Shown: piece by piece, positions 1-10,015 of the stretch
Layout of the letters: each line of letters starts with the position of its first letter
How positions within the stretch are numbered: the first letter of the stretch is position 1
Assembly: GCA_036338695.1 (NCBI GenBank)
Contig: JAYZBQ010000042.1
Location: forward strand, 20,696 to 84,695
Source: Myxococcota bacterium
GTDB lineage: Bacteria > Myxococcota > UBA4151
Reading direction: 5' to 3'
Length of the DNA: 64,000 bases
The notes under the pieces: model-generated
What the model was told of the DNA's origin: nothing
Databases searched by the model: none
What the model saw: only the letters and a program-made list of their open reading frames with translations
Made by a program: the position numbers and the translations under genes

Positions 1-296
1 AGGTTGCGCATCATCCGCTCAGGCGGATGGCCCCACAACGAGTCCTCCCAGCTGTCGCCCTTTCCCGATCGAACCGCTGGCTCGACTCGATCCAGCGCAG
101 CCGCCATCAACCACTTCGTCAGAAGCGGCTGTTCGCGGTTGATACGATCCCGACCAAAACGCACGATCCGCGTGGCCCCGGCGAGATAGGTCGACTCATC
201 GACCGTGTCACTGTGATGAGCCGCCGTGTAGTCGAGCACACCGACCTGAGCAACGAGCACGACGCAAAGCGCCACGCCGATCCACACCCGCTGCAT
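1..296 (-). CDS. ArnT/PMT-like (GT-C fold) membrane glycosyltransferase, 5' part; truncated by the window edge and not in the ORF track
   Basis: Hand translation from ATG at 296 gives MQRVWIGVALCVVLVAQVGVLDYTAAHHSDTVDESTYLAGATRIVRFGRDRINREQPLLTKWLMAAAL..., open to position 1. N-terminal TM followed by DE-x-x-Y and an N-x-E-Q-P-L-L-x-K motif resembling the (E)HPPL-x-K of GT39/GT83 enzymes. Starts 3 nt after the flippase stop. Confidence 0.7.
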   Translation of the reverse strand, partial: MQRVWIGVALCVVLVAQVGVLDYTAAHHSDTVDESTYLAGATRIVRFGRDRINREQPLLTKWLMAAALDRVEPAVRSGKGDSWEDSLWGHPPERMMRN

Positions 297-298
297 CG

Positions 299-1825
299 TC
301 AGCGCCCGGCGACGCGCCGAGCCAGCGCTAGATCCTCGCCGCCGAGCTCACGCGTGAGCACGAGAAAGACCAAGTTAAAGCTCGCCACCACCGCAAGCGC
401 AGCCACCCCTTGGACCAAGCCGCTCGGCTCCCACACGATGGGGATCAGCAGCGTCAACGCCACTCCAGCGCCGACCCTCAGCGCCGTCTTGAGCGAGAGT
501 GAGGCGCCAAAGATGCGCCACACCATCACCAAAGAGACCAAGGCGCCGAACCAGAGCGCGCCGATCGATGCAGACGCGGCGGCGCGCACGTCCCCCGTCC
601 CCACGCCGAGCGGAACGACGACCGCTGCGAGCCCTGCGATCAAAGCGACCAGTCCCCAGGCCACCAGAGGTCGCCCGGACGCGTTTAAGATGTTCATGGT
701 GATGGTCACGAGCGCAAATGCCATCTGTCCGAGGCAGAGGATCCGAAGGATCGGAACCGCAGGCTCGTAGGCTGCGCCAAAGAGCACAGGCAAAAGCGCG
801 GGCGCAGCGACAAAGATGCCGGCGCTGGTGACCGCCGCCAAGCCAAAGGTAAAGCGGGTGGCGTTGTGGATGTAACGCTTCACCGCCTCGGTGTCGCCCG
901 CAAAGGCGACGGTGCTGAGCATCGGAAAAAGCACCAAGCTGATGCCCATGACCAGGAAGTAAGGCACCCGCGCAAAGTCCATCGCGGCGCTGTACTGCCC
1001 GACCATCACCTGCCCAAGCTCTTCGCCGCCGAGGACCGCTGCGTTGCCTTTGACAACCAGCAGGTCGACCTGCTTGAGCAGCTCAAAGGTCAGGGTGTAG
1101 AGGATGATCCCCCCGGCAAACCGCAGGATCACCTGCCCATCGATGCTCCGAGGCGCCCTCGCCTCTCGACGGACGCGTCGCGTGGCAAAAAAGGCGGCGG
1201 TACAAATGATCGCAGCAGCGCTCGCCCAGCCAAGCAGCCCGCCCACAGCCGCTGCGTTCGCCATGGTCACCCACTGCGGCAGCAGCAACGCGCCCGCCAC
1301 GATGCAGCCCAGCTTCAAGAAGCTAAAGGAGCCGTCAAGGAGCGCCTGAACGTTGAACGCACGCACCCCGTTCACGGTCCCGAGCAGATGGGCGTACAGG
1401 CCGTAAAAGACAGGGATCAGGAAGGCGGCGCGCAAGAGCGGCACCAGCGCCGGATCGTTCAAGCTCGCAGCGATCGACGGCGTCAACAGCTGCGCAGCGA
1501 CGCCGATCGCAAAGACGAGCGGGACGGCGCGGCGAGCCACGTAGCCTACCAAAACACCAGCGGCGGCGCGCTGTTCGGCGCCAAACTTTGAGACCACCTG
1601 AAGGATACTCAGGAGAACCGCCTGAGCCAAAATCGACATCGTCTGCGCCGAGACGCGGTAGCGACCAAACTGAGCCGGGTCCTGATCACCCGCAGCATCC
1701 AGGATGATGCGCGGCATGATGAGGGTGAGGCCTAAACCCGAGACAAGAAAAGTCGCCTTGGCAGCGGCGATGGCGAGCGCGCCTCGTCCCGCCTGCTTGA
1801 CGACATCATCGGCCGGCTGACTCAT
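299..1825 (-). CDS. MOP-superfamily oligosaccharide flippase (Wzx/polysaccharide-biosynthesis type)
   Basis: 508 aa with about 12-14 hydrophobic segments. GQYSAA...RVP...VLFP and LFGAAYEPAVPILRIL motifs typical of Wzx/MATE-like flippases. Confidence 0.8.
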   Translation of the reverse strand: MSQPADDVVKQAGRGALAIAAAKATFLVSGLGLTLIMPRIILDAAGDQDPAQFGRYRVSAQTMSILAQAVLLSILQVVSKFGAEQRAAAGVLVGYVARRAVPLVFAIGVAAQLLTPSIAASLNDPALVPLLRAAFLIPVFYGLYAHLLGTVNGVRAFNVQALLDGSFSFLKLGCIVAGALLLPQWVTMANAAAVGGLLGWASAAAIICTAAFFATRRVRREARAPRSIDGQVILRFAGGIILYTLTFELLKQVDLLVVKGNAAVLGGEELGQVMVGQYSAAMDFARVPYFLVMGISLVLFPMLSTVAFAGDTEAVKRYIHNATRFTFGLAAVTSAGIFVAAPALLPVLFGAAYEPAVPILRILCLGQMAFALVTITMNILNASGRPLVAWGLVALIAGLAAVVVPLGVGTGDVRAAASASIGALWFGALVSLVMVWRIFGASLSLKTALRVGAGVALTLLIPIVWEPSGLVQGVAALAVVASFNLVFLVLTRELGGEDLALARRVAGR

Positions 1826-3915
1826 CGGATGTCCTGGGTCGATGCATGCACCACGCGCGCCGAGAGGTTGACGCTCTCAAGGCGTACCGTCAGCGGATCC
1901 CCGAGGGTCATCGTCGCGCCCGATCGCAGGGTGAGGCGTTGATGGGCGACGTCAAACTCAACCCGTTGCCTCGGGAGGTCCTCGCGCGCCACCATCACCG
2001 TCACGGGCGGATCGAGCAGGCGGACGTAGATCCCCTTGGCGGCCACGCCATCGATCACCCCCTCAAAGGTCTCGCCCTCTCGCCCCTGAAGCAGACGACA
2101 GGCGTAGAGTCGATGCGCGGCTCGCTCCGCCGCGACGCTACGCGCCTCACAGTTGGACGCCTCTTCACAGAACCGATCGAGCGCCTCCCCCTGCGAGAGC
2201 GCCGCGCCACGATCGCCGAGGTGATAGCGCACGGCGCGATGGACCAGGAGATCGGGGTAACGGCGAATCGGGGACGTAAAGTGGAGGTAATGCTCCGAGC
2301 TTAAACCCCAATGCCCCATAGGCTCCGCGTCATACTGCGCTTTGCTCATCGCGCGCAGGAGAACCTGACTCAGCACCGGCTTGAGCGGATCGCTGCCGAG
2401 CTTGGCCATCATCTTGTTCAACTTTGCCGGCGTCGGCGCACCCGTCGGCTTTCGCAGACCAAGCCCGCTCGCCAGCGCCAGAAAACTGCTCAAGCCGGAC
2501 GCCGACGGCGGCTCGTGCACCCGCCAAGGGACCTCGGTCTCCGCCTCGAGCAAGCGCCGGCCGACCTCCTCGTTTGCGGCGATCATACACATCTCCACAA
2601 CCCGCTCGGCGAAGCGCTGGTGGCGCTCGACGACCCCGGTCGGCTCGCCGTCTTGATCGAGCTGGAACCGGAGCTCTCCGCCTGCGATTTCAAGCTGACC
2701 CTTTCGCCCACGAGCGGCGAGCAGCATCCGCGCCGCCTCGCTCAACACGGTGGTCGACTCGCGCAGCGCCTGATCGTCCGGCAGCGCCTCTGCGTCTCCG
2801 TCGATGTACGCCTGGACCTGGTCGTAGTTGAGGTCCGCACGCGACCGGATCGTCCCGAGCCCCCAGTCGCTGCTGATGACGTCCCCCTGATAATCGATCT
2901 CTAGACGCACGAACACGACCGGCCGATCGACCCCGGCGCGCAGCGACGCCGCATCGGCGCTCAACCACTCCGGCAACATGGGCAAGACGCGATCCGGCAG
3001 GTACGTCGAGCAGCCACGTCGCGCCGCGTAATCGTCGAGCGCCGATCCAGGCCGGACAAACCCGGCCACATCGGCGATGGCCACGGTGACCTCGGCGCCT
3101 CGATCCGTCCAGCGAGCGCAGAGCGCGTCGTCGTGATCGCGCGCATCAGCCGGATCGATCGTTGCGAACGGCAGATGGGTCAAATCAAGGCGCGGCGCGC
3201 CCCCATCTTCACAAGCGAGCGCGCCGGGCTCGGCTTCCTGGCTCACCCACTCGAGGCCATGCTCGGCGAGTAAACGCTCGACCTCTACAGCGAAGCCTGC
3301 GCCGTGCTCGAAGACCTTCTCAAGCTCGGTGACCAGGGTCGAGGTGCCCCCATCCCAGCGCGGCGGCTCGACGCCGGTAATGCGTGCGCGGACCATCTGC
3401 CCGCTGCGCAGGTCATCTCGATCCGTGCGCACCTCAATCGGCAGCTCGAGGCGACGGTCCTGTGCGTCGAGGATCCAGCGCTCATAGCCCTCAACCAAAC
3501 GACCGATGATACGGGTCCGGTGCCTCTTGACCAGCTGAAGGTTGACCCCTTCGGGACCTTTTCGGCCGGGGACGAGCTCGGCCTCGACCTCGTCGCCGTC
3601 GAGGAGCCCCTCAAACGCCCCTGGAGCCACAAAGGCAGAGTCGCCCCCGCGCCCGTCGATGAAGGCGAAGCCCCTCGGCGAGACCTTGAGCCGCCCGCGC
3701 AGCACCTTGCGCCGCCGAGCCCGAAGACGCTGCGCCTCCCCCTTACTCAAGACGCCTTGGCGCTGCTGCGCCTTGAGCCAAGCTCGAAACGCCCGGCGGG
3801 CGCCCGGCGCAATCTCCATCGCGTGGATCCGCTGCGCCGGGGTCATGCCGTAGCCGTCCGTCTGCTCGAGCAGCTCGAGCAGCCTTTGGCGGTCAAATGA
3901 TGATGCGTAGCTCAC
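1822..3915 (-). CDS. rnr: Ribonuclease R (VacB/RNB family)
   Basis: Cold-shock domain (GFAFI), TIDPADARDHDDA catalytic motif, HFTSPIRRYPDLLVHR, C-terminal S1 domain. Confidence 0.92.
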   Translation of the reverse strand: MSYASSFDRQRLLELLEQTDGYGMTPAQRIHAMEIAPGARRAFRAWLKAQQRQGVLSKGEAQRLRARRRKVLRGRLKVSPRGFAFIDGRGGDSAFVAPGAFEGLLDGDEVEAELVPGRKGPEGVNLQLVKRHRTRIIGRLVEGYERWILDAQDRRLELPIEVRTDRDDLRSGQMVRARITGVEPPRWDGGTSTLVTELEKVFEHGAGFAVEVERLLAEHGLEWVSQEAEPGALACEDGGAPRLDLTHLPFATIDPADARDHDDALCARWTDRGAEVTVAIADVAGFVRPGSALDDYAARRGCSTYLPDRVLPMLPEWLSADAASLRAGVDRPVVFVRLEIDYQGDVISSDWGLGTIRSRADLNYDQVQAYIDGDAEALPDDQALRESTTVLSEAARMLLAARGRKGQLEIAGGELRFQLDQDGEPTGVVERHQRFAERVVEMCMIAANEEVGRRLLEAETEVPWRVHEPPSASGLSSFLALASGLGLRKPTGAPTPAKLNKMMAKLGSDPLKPVLSQVLLRAMSKAQYDAEPMGHWGLSSEHYLHFTSPIRRYPDLLVHRAVRYHLGDRGAALSQGEALDRFCEEASNCEARSVAAERAAHRLYACRLLQGREGETFEGVIDGVAAKGIYVRLLDPPVTVMVAREDLPRQRVEFDVAHQRLTLRSGATMTLGDPLTVRLESVNLSARVVHASTQDIR

Positions 3916-3990
3916 TGGTCGATCAGTTCCCGTTTGACAGGCTCAACCCCAAAGTCTAGTTGAGCCCCCACCGATGGTTCCCCCGGGTAT

Positions 3991-4077
<87 letters not shown>

Positions 4078-4078
4078 G

Positions 4079-4113
4079 CAAAGCGGCGAAGCATCGCCGC
4101 TTTTGTTGTTTTT
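4079..4113 (+). terminator. Intrinsic terminator after tRNA-Leu(CAG), possibly bidirectional
   Basis: AAAGCGGCG-aagcat-CGCCGCTTT hairpin followed by a T-rich tract. Confidence 0.75.
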
Positions 4114-4146
4114 ACACCAAAGGGCAAGGCTCGAATCACGGCGGCG

Positions 4147-4569
4147 CTAGAGCGCGTAGCGTGAAGTGATCATAGCCAGCGTGCCAAATACAGCGGCGAT
4201 CCCGACCACGACCAGCGCCACCAACAAGGGGCTCCCCTCGCGCCCCCAATCGTAAATTTTAGGTCCTAGCACCGCAGGAACCAGCGCTGTGAGCCACCAC
4301 GGCTCATGAAACACCGCCGGCTCGGTAGCCGTCGAGAGCCGAAAGAGCTCGGTCACGATCACCACGGCGAGCGGTCCGGACGCGTGCCCGAGCAGGACAC
4401 TAAAGTACGGATTCGGTAAGCTCGAGATGCTCAAGACGATGAACCACAGCGCAACCCAACCCATGACCAAGGGGAACGGGAGCTCGAGCGCGCTCATGTT
4501 CAGGAGTTGTTGGTACCCGCCAGGGGTCTCCATGAGCTGCTTGAGCAGCTCGATCGTTGATTCAAGCAC
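4147..4569 (-). CDS. Hypothetical membrane protein (about 4 TM)
   Basis: 140 aa hydrophobic ORF filling the gap between two tRNA-Leu genes. No family recognised. Confidence 0.6.
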   Translation of the reverse strand: MLESTIELLKQLMETPGGYQQLLNMSALELPFPLVMGWVALWFIVLSISSLPNPYFSVLLGHASGPLAVVIVTELFRLSTATEPAVFHEPWWLTALVPAVLGPKIYDWGREGSPLLVALVVVGIAAVFGTLAMITSRYAL

Positions 4570-4679
4570 GCGCAGCCTCCGGCGAACAGCATAGGCTAAT
4601 TTCGCGTTCTAAACATCTTTCACGAACGGTCCTTCTGCCCTAAAGGCTGAAGTGTCGCTGCCGCAGGTGCAGCGGCCGC

Positions 4680-4768
4680 GCTCACCTGGCGGAATTGGTA
4701 GACGCCGGAGACTTAAAATCTTCTGGGCTTGATAGCCCGTCCGGGTTCGAGTCCCGGGGTGAGCACCA
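4680..4768 (+). tRNA. tRNA-Leu(TAA)
   Basis: GCTCACC/GGTGAGC acceptor stem, anticodon arm GGAGA-CTTAAAA-TCTTC, long variable arm, GGTTCGAGTCC, CCA end. Confidence 0.96.
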
Positions 4769-4829
4769 ACTTGAGACGTAAGCCGACGCGTGCCCATGGG
4801 GTGGGGCGGCTTACTGTCTTATTTGGTGA

Positions 4830-7724
4830 CTAAAGCGCCGATCGAGCCTCGGCGATGAGCAGCATCAGCTCTGAATCCGCAGCTGCGCCTAACTGCTCAC
4901 CAATGGTCTCCGCCTCAACGAGTGCTTTCTCGGCTTGGTCTCGAGCCCCTGCTTTTGCTTCGATCAAGCCGCGCCGAGACAGCAGCAACCCCAACTGGAG
5001 CGTATGAACCCCACGCAGTTGCTGCTCACCGTGATTGAAAAGTTCTCGAGCTTCGACGAGCTGACCACTGTCGGCTCTCATCATGGCGAGTATCGAGCGG
5101 AAAGCAGCCGATGCAGGGTGGCTAAACTCATCGCATTGCTCGATGGCTTGTATCAAATAATACTGAGCATTTACTGGCTCATTATGTTCATAGAGCGCTG
5201 AGCCTAAGTTGCCGCTAAATATGGCTGAATTAAGAGGGTTGCCTATTTCTTTGGATAAGCTGATCGCCTGGTGAGCATACTCCAAACATTCGCTTAATCG
5301 ATCTTGGTGTTTCATCAAGACGCTGATGTTATTGAGTAAGATCGCTTTCGCTCGCTGATCATGTAACTGCTCATAGATTGCTTTCGCGTCCAAATAAGTG
5401 CTTTCAGCGTATTCAAATTGCCCCAAGTCCGTATAAATAATGCCTAGATTATTAAGGGCGGTCGCTAGAGCGCGATGGTCCTGAGTCTGTCTCGCCAACT
5501 TACGTGCTTGCTCAAGCGTGGCTATCGATTGCTCAGGGGCTCCATTAAACTTCTCTAGGTTGGAGCGAAGAATCCAGAACCGCGTTTGAAAGAAGTCGTC
5601 ACCTGAAACCGCAATCAGTTGTTCTGCACGGCGAATCAGCTGGGTACATTTATCCATCTCACGGTTTAGTTCACCAGTTACACTGAGTAAGTAGAGCGCT
5701 TCGATCTCAAGAGTCTGGACCGATAAACTTTCTGCTCGTTTCAGCGCGTCAGAAACCACTTCGACAGCTTGCAAGGTACGCGAAGCGCGTATGAGAATGT
5801 CGGCGAACAAAAACTGCAGACGCACTCGCGCAGAACCCTCAGGAACCATACCGATGAGATTTTCAAGCCAGTCTGCGGTCAAACCAAAGGGTCCGCGCCA
5901 AAGAGCACCGTGCCCGACGACCAACGCGCAACCACAAGCCGACTCGAAGTCTGCGACCTGCAGCGCTGCCTGCACCGCAGTTCGGCAGTTGTTAACCTCG
6001 AGTAGCGCCTCGCGAGATCGGTCCACATTACCCATGGAGCGAATCGATTCGAGCGTTCCAAGCTGGGCATAATATTGGGCATGACGGCGGCGAACATCGT
6101 GCTCATCAACACTCTTTTCGAGCGCATAGATTTGAACACTCTTCGTCATCTGATAGCGGACGTGCCCCTCAATCGGCTCCACACGACGCACGAGACTATG
6201 ATCAACGAGTTTTTCAAGCACGTCCATGATCCAAAGATCCGGATCAGTAGCCTCTAAATCAATGACCGCCTCGGCCGCTTCAAGCGTACAGCCCCCCTCA
6301 AAAACAGCCAGTTGGCTCAGCGCTAACTGCTCAACGGGCTGCAACAAACTCCAAGACCAATCGATCGCCGAGCGCAACGTCGCTTGACGTTCGTTTTGCC
6401 GCTTACGCGAGCCTTTCAACAACTTAAAGCGCTGACCTAAACGCTCTAGGATCTGCTCTGCAGACAGCATACGAATACGCGCCGCAGCCAACTCAATAGC
6501 GAGCGGCATCTGATCAAGCTGCTCGACAATCTCTCGTACAACGGTCTCGAGTTCAGGGGTACGAACAAAGCGCTTTTGAATCGCCGATGCGCGATCAAAA
6601 AATAGCTCCATTGCATTATCGACACTCAGCGGCTCGATATCGAAAATATCTTCACCCTCAACCCGAAGAGCGACTTGTGATGCGACTAAAAATACAGCGT
6701 GCGGCGCCCTACGCAGCCAGTCATTTAACGTTTCGCCAGCGACTTGAATGATCTGTTCAAAATTATCAAAAATGATCAAAACGCGCTGGCGACCGCGGAT
6801 GGCATAACTCAGCTGTTCTTGTGGATCGGCTTCGGATAACTGCACATCAAGTGCCGCTGCTGTGGCGACCAATACATCCACAAGAGTTTCCGCACGACTC
6901 AGGTCAACAAACCACACGCCACCAACAAATTCAGCCAACATTTGATGTCCGAACCGCTGATAAAGGCTCGTCTTACCAACACCGCCAAGGCCTAAGCCAG
7001 TGATCAGCCGATGCCCCTCAGCAATTCGTCGTTTTAGTTCATCTAGATCGTGTACACGGCCGACAAATCGATCCACTCGATGAGGCAAATTGGTCTTCTT
7101 TAGGTCAACGGTTTTGATCTTCGGAAAACGTCGTCCTTTAAGACCGTTTGGCAAAATCTGATGCAGATGCTCGTGCTGCTCAAGCCCCTTTAGCCGGTGT
7201 TCGCCTAAGTCGACTACGTCACCACTATCGCTCCGATAGACAACCGACCCGCTGACGAGAACCTGACCCCCATGACCTGCCCCACCAACACGGGCAGCTC
7301 GATTGACCATCCCACCAAAATAATCCATCCGTCCGGTGTTCGGGTCTGGCTGACAAATGGGGTCGCCAGAATGGACGCCCATCCGCACGCGCAAGCCGCG
7401 AAACAAGGGTTTTCCATCCTCGCTGAGGTGCTCCGAAGCCTCCTCTTGAGACAGGATCGCTTCCGGCCACGGAGCCTGCATCAAACGCTCTTGGACACGC
7501 AGACACCAATCAACGGCTTGCTGACCTGTGCTAAACGCAACCATGAAGGCATCGCCTTCAGTTTTCACTTCGTAGCCGCCTGCGGCTAGCAACGTGGCTC
7601 TCATCATCTCATCATGAAGCGCGAGCGCTTGCCTCATAGCACCCGGAACACGATCCCACAGCGCCGTCGAACCCTCGACGTCAGTGAATACGAGAGTAAC
7701 TGTACCAATCGGTGCTTCCATCAA
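4830..7724 (-). CDS. Class III adenylate/guanylate cyclase fused to a STAND (AfsR/MalT-like) NTPase and a TPR sensor
   Basis: Cyclase motifs FTDVEGST, KTEGDAFM, RVRMGVHSG and DYFGGMVNRAARV. Walker A GLGGVGKT, Walker B LIIFDNFE, QMPLAIELAA (GxPLA-like). C-terminal TPRs (ALNNLGIIY). Confidence 0.9.
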   Translation of the reverse strand: MMEAPIGTVTLVFTDVEGSTALWDRVPGAMRQALALHDEMMRATLLAAGGYEVKTEGDAFMVAFSTGQQAVDWCLRVQERLMQAPWPEAILSQEEASEHLSEDGKPLFRGLRVRMGVHSGDPICQPDPNTGRMDYFGGMVNRAARVGGAGHGGQVLVSGSVVYRSDSGDVVDLGEHRLKGLEQHEHLHQILPNGLKGRRFPKIKTVDLKKTNLPHRVDRFVGRVHDLDELKRRIAEGHRLITGLGLGGVGKTSLYQRFGHQMLAEFVGGVWFVDLSRAETLVDVLVATAAALDVQLSEADPQEQLSYAIRGRQRVLIIFDNFEQIIQVAGETLNDWLRRAPHAVFLVASQVALRVEGEDIFDIEPLSVDNAMELFFDRASAIQKRFVRTPELETVVREIVEQLDQMPLAIELAAARIRMLSAEQILERLGQRFKLLKGSRKRQNERQATLRSAIDWSWSLLQPVEQLALSQLAVFEGGCTLEAAEAVIDLEATDPDLWIMDVLEKLVDHSLVRRVEPIEGHVRYQMTKSVQIYALEKSVDEHDVRRRHAQYYAQLGTLESIRSMGNVDRSREALLEVNNCRTAVQAALQVADFESACGCALVVGHGALWRGPFGLTADWLENLIGMVPEGSARVRLQFLFADILIRASRTLQAVEVVSDALKRAESLSVQTLEIEALYLLSVTGELNREMDKCTQLIRRAEQLIAVSGDDFFQTRFWILRSNLEKFNGAPEQSIATLEQARKLARQTQDHRALATALNNLGIIYTDLGQFEYAESTYLDAKAIYEQLHDQRAKAILLNNISVLMKHQDRLSECLEYAHQAISLSKEIGNPLNSAIFSGNLGSALYEHNEPVNAQYYLIQAIEQCDEFSHPASAAFRSILAMMRADSGQLVEARELFNHGEQQLRGVHTLQLGLLLSRRGLIEAKAGARDQAEKALVEAETIGEQLGAAADSELMLLIAEARSAL

Positions 7725-7865
7725 CCGTCTCCACGTGATGCATAATCTATCTCGGAAGTCCGTGTTAAGCGTCCATCACCTGACCAAAAATTTTGAAGGT
7801 AATCGCTTGCTTGTGAGCTATCACACCGTCAACTTCGACGCTCGCTGCTTCTCTTGATGAACCAC

Positions 7866-9446
7866 ATGATGACCAACACTTTTCCAAAGACCGACCTAGC
7901 AACACACGACGTCACCAACCAAGCCGAGGGCTTCGAAGGGGTCTCGCTCTACGAGAGTGACCCGCGCCTAGCTGCGTGGCTGCGCGGGCGCACTGACGAG
8001 GCGCAGCGAGAGCAGATCGAAGCCTTCGGTCAAACCCTCGGGCGCCATGAGTCCTGGCAGCTCGCAGAGCAAGCCAACCGTTTCCCTCCCGAGTTAGCCA
8101 CCTTCGATCGCTCCGGACGCCGGCTCGATGAGGTCCGCTATCACCCGGCCTACCACGAGCTGATGCGGCTGGGCTGCGAAGCGGGCGTTGCGAGCTTGGC
8201 TTGGCGCAGCGGCTCCGGCGGGCATCAAGCGCACGCTGCGCTCGAGTACATGCTCATCCAGGTCGAGCCGGGCGTCTGCTGCCCGCTGACGATGTCCTAC
8301 GCCGGCGCGCCGGTCCTGGCTCAATCTCCCGAGCTAGCGGACTTCCACGAGCGACTGATCACCCCGAGCTACGACGCGAGCAGCCGCCCCTGGCAAGACA
8401 AACGCGCCGTCACGCTCGGTATGGCGATGACCGAGAAGCAAGGAGGCAGTGACCTGCGTCAGACGCAAACGCGCGCCGAGCGCTGCGCGGACGGCTACCG
8501 ATTGACCGGGCACAAGTGGTTCTGCTCAGCGCCGATGTCGGACGCCTTTTTGATGCTGGCGCAAACGGCCGAGGGCTTGAGCTGCTTCTGGGTGCCTCGC
8601 TGGCAACCCGACGGACAGCGCAATGGGATCGAGCTGCAGCGCCTGAAAGATAAGCTCGGCAACCGCGCCAACGCCTCGAGCGAGATCGAGCTTCAGCGAG
8701 CCTATGGGATCTTGATCGGCGAGCCCGGCCGGGGGATCGCCACCATCCTTGAGATGGTCCATCACACCCGGCTCGACTGCGCCGTGGCGGCAGCCGGCTT
8801 GATGCGCCAAGCCGTCGTGCGAGCGATCCACCACGCACGGCAGCGGCAAGCCTTCGGTAAGGCGCTCATCGAGCACGACCTGATGGCGCGGGTCCTGGCG
8901 GCGATCGACCTCGAGGCTGAGGCCGCCACGCTGCTGAGCCTGCGCGCCGCAGAGCTCTGCGATGCAGGGCCAAGCCCGCTGGCGCGGCTCGGCGTCGCGA
9001 TCGCAAAGTACTGGAACAACAAACGCTGCCCGTTGGTGGTCGCCGAAGCGATGGAGGCGCTCGGAGGCGCTGGCTACATCGAAGCGTCCGTGATGCCTCG
9101 GCTGTACAAAGAGGCGCCCCTCAACGGCATCTGGGAGGGCTCTGGCAACGTGATCTGCCTGGACATCCTCAGGACCACCCGGCGCCTGCCTGAGGTCGTC
9201 GACGCCCTGCGGAACGAGCTGGGCGCGCAGGGAGAGTCCGTGCTGGAGTGGCTCCCCTCAGCCGAGCCCGCCGACGCCCGGGCGCTGGCGGGCCAGCTGG
9301 CGCGCGCGTGGCAACGCAGCCTGCTCGAGCGCCACAGCGTGCCTGGCGCAGCCCAACACCTGAGCAGCGCAGTCGGCGCTTTTGGAGAGTGCTTCCCTGT
9401 GGCGGGCGCAGGCGCTCGCTTGCGAGCGAGCTTACCGGAGCTCTAG
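7866..9446 (+). CDS. aidB: AidB-like acyl-CoA dehydrogenase (start uncertain, 7854-7869)
   Basis: THDVTNQ N-terminus, CPLTMSYA, GMAMTEKQGGSD, GHKWFCSAPMSDAF, RLKDKLGNRANASSE, EAPLNGIWEGSGNV. Confidence 0.85.
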   Translation: MMTNTFPKTDLATHDVTNQAEGFEGVSLYESDPRLAAWLRGRTDEAQREQIEAFGQTLGRHESWQLAEQANRFPPELATFDRSGRRLDEVRYHPAYHELMRLGCEAGVASLAWRSGSGGHQAHAALEYMLIQVEPGVCCPLTMSYAGAPVLAQSPELADFHERLITPSYDASSRPWQDKRAVTLGMAMTEKQGGSDLRQTQTRAERCADGYRLTGHKWFCSAPMSDAFLMLAQTAEGLSCFWVPRWQPDGQRNGIELQRLKDKLGNRANASSEIELQRAYGILIGEPGRGIATILEMVHHTRLDCAVAAAGLMRQAVVRAIHHARQRQAFGKALIEHDLMARVLAAIDLEAEAATLLSLRAAELCDAGPSPLARLGVAIAKYWNNKRCPLVVAEAMEALGGAGYIEASVMPRLYKEAPLNGIWEGSGNVICLDILRTTRRLPEVVDALRNELGAQGESVLEWLPSAEPADARALAGQLARAWQRSLLERHSVPGAAQHLSSAVGAFGECFPVAGAGARLRASLPEL

Positions 9447-9946
9447 ACTTGGGTCTGGAGCGTCTGCTTGACGCCGCTCGTCGCCTTCTCGACGACCTTC
9501 GAGGTCAGCTCGAGCTCCTGGCTGAACTTGTATACACCCGCCTGAACGGCGAGCAGCTCGGTGGGGCTAAACGAGCGCCCCGACGTGGCGAGCTTGATGA
9601 TCTTATCGAGCTTGCCCTGGCCATCCATGACGCCGCCAAAGAGCTTCTCGATGCCGGCTTCACCCGCCTTGCTGGGGGCGTTCACCTTGGCGCCGCGACT
9701 CTCGATCAAGCTCCGGACCTTGTTCATTCGCGTCGACTCGGTCTTTTGCGCCTGCTGGACGATGTCCATCCCTTGGATTTTATCCGCCTGTTGCGTCGCC
9801 TCGGCACCGCCGGCCTTGTTGACCATATTGGCGAAATTCGCTTGTCCGGTTCCCTGGGCTTGCTCAGCTTGCGCCGCCTGCTGCTGAATCTGTTGCAGCT
9901 GTTGCAGCATCTGCGAGGGATTTCCGCTTCCAGTGATTCCAGACAT
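9443..9946 (-). CDS. T3SS inner-rod-like protein (SctI/YscI/HrpB2-like)
   Basis: Q/A-rich N-terminus and C-terminal SPTELLAVQAGVYKFSQELELTSKVVEKATSGVKQTLQTQV, matching the P-x-x-LL-x-x-Q...L-x-x-K-x-V-x-K...L-x-x-Q pattern of inner-rod subunits. RBS AAGGAGG. Confidence 0.75.
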   Translation of the reverse strand: MSGITGSGNPSQMLQQLQQIQQQAAQAEQAQGTGQANFANMVNKAGGAEATQQADKIQGMDIVQQAQKTESTRMNKVRSLIESRGAKVNAPSKAGEAGIEKLFGGVMDGQGKLDKIIKLATSGRSFSPTELLAVQAGVYKFSQELELTSKVVEKATSGVKQTLQTQV

Positions 9947-9987
9947 CTCCGCCTCCTTCGAGCGACACGACGCGCCGCTACGTAAAC

Positions 9988-10015
9988 CCTTATCGGCTCC
10001 CGATTACCAAGGTTG
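9988..10015 (-). promoter_or_regulatory. Sigma28/FliA-like promoter for the rod-like gene
   Basis: Minus strand CAACC-N14-CCGATAAGG, containing a perfect GCCGATAA -10 element that overlaps the sigma-factor stop codon. Confidence 0.6.

Noticed and set aside
4680..7724. bldA-like control: at least ten TTA codons in the cyclase gene next to tRNA-Leu(TAA)
   Set aside because: TTA also occurs several times in other genes (e.g. 35278-37179), and the excess is explained by lower GC.
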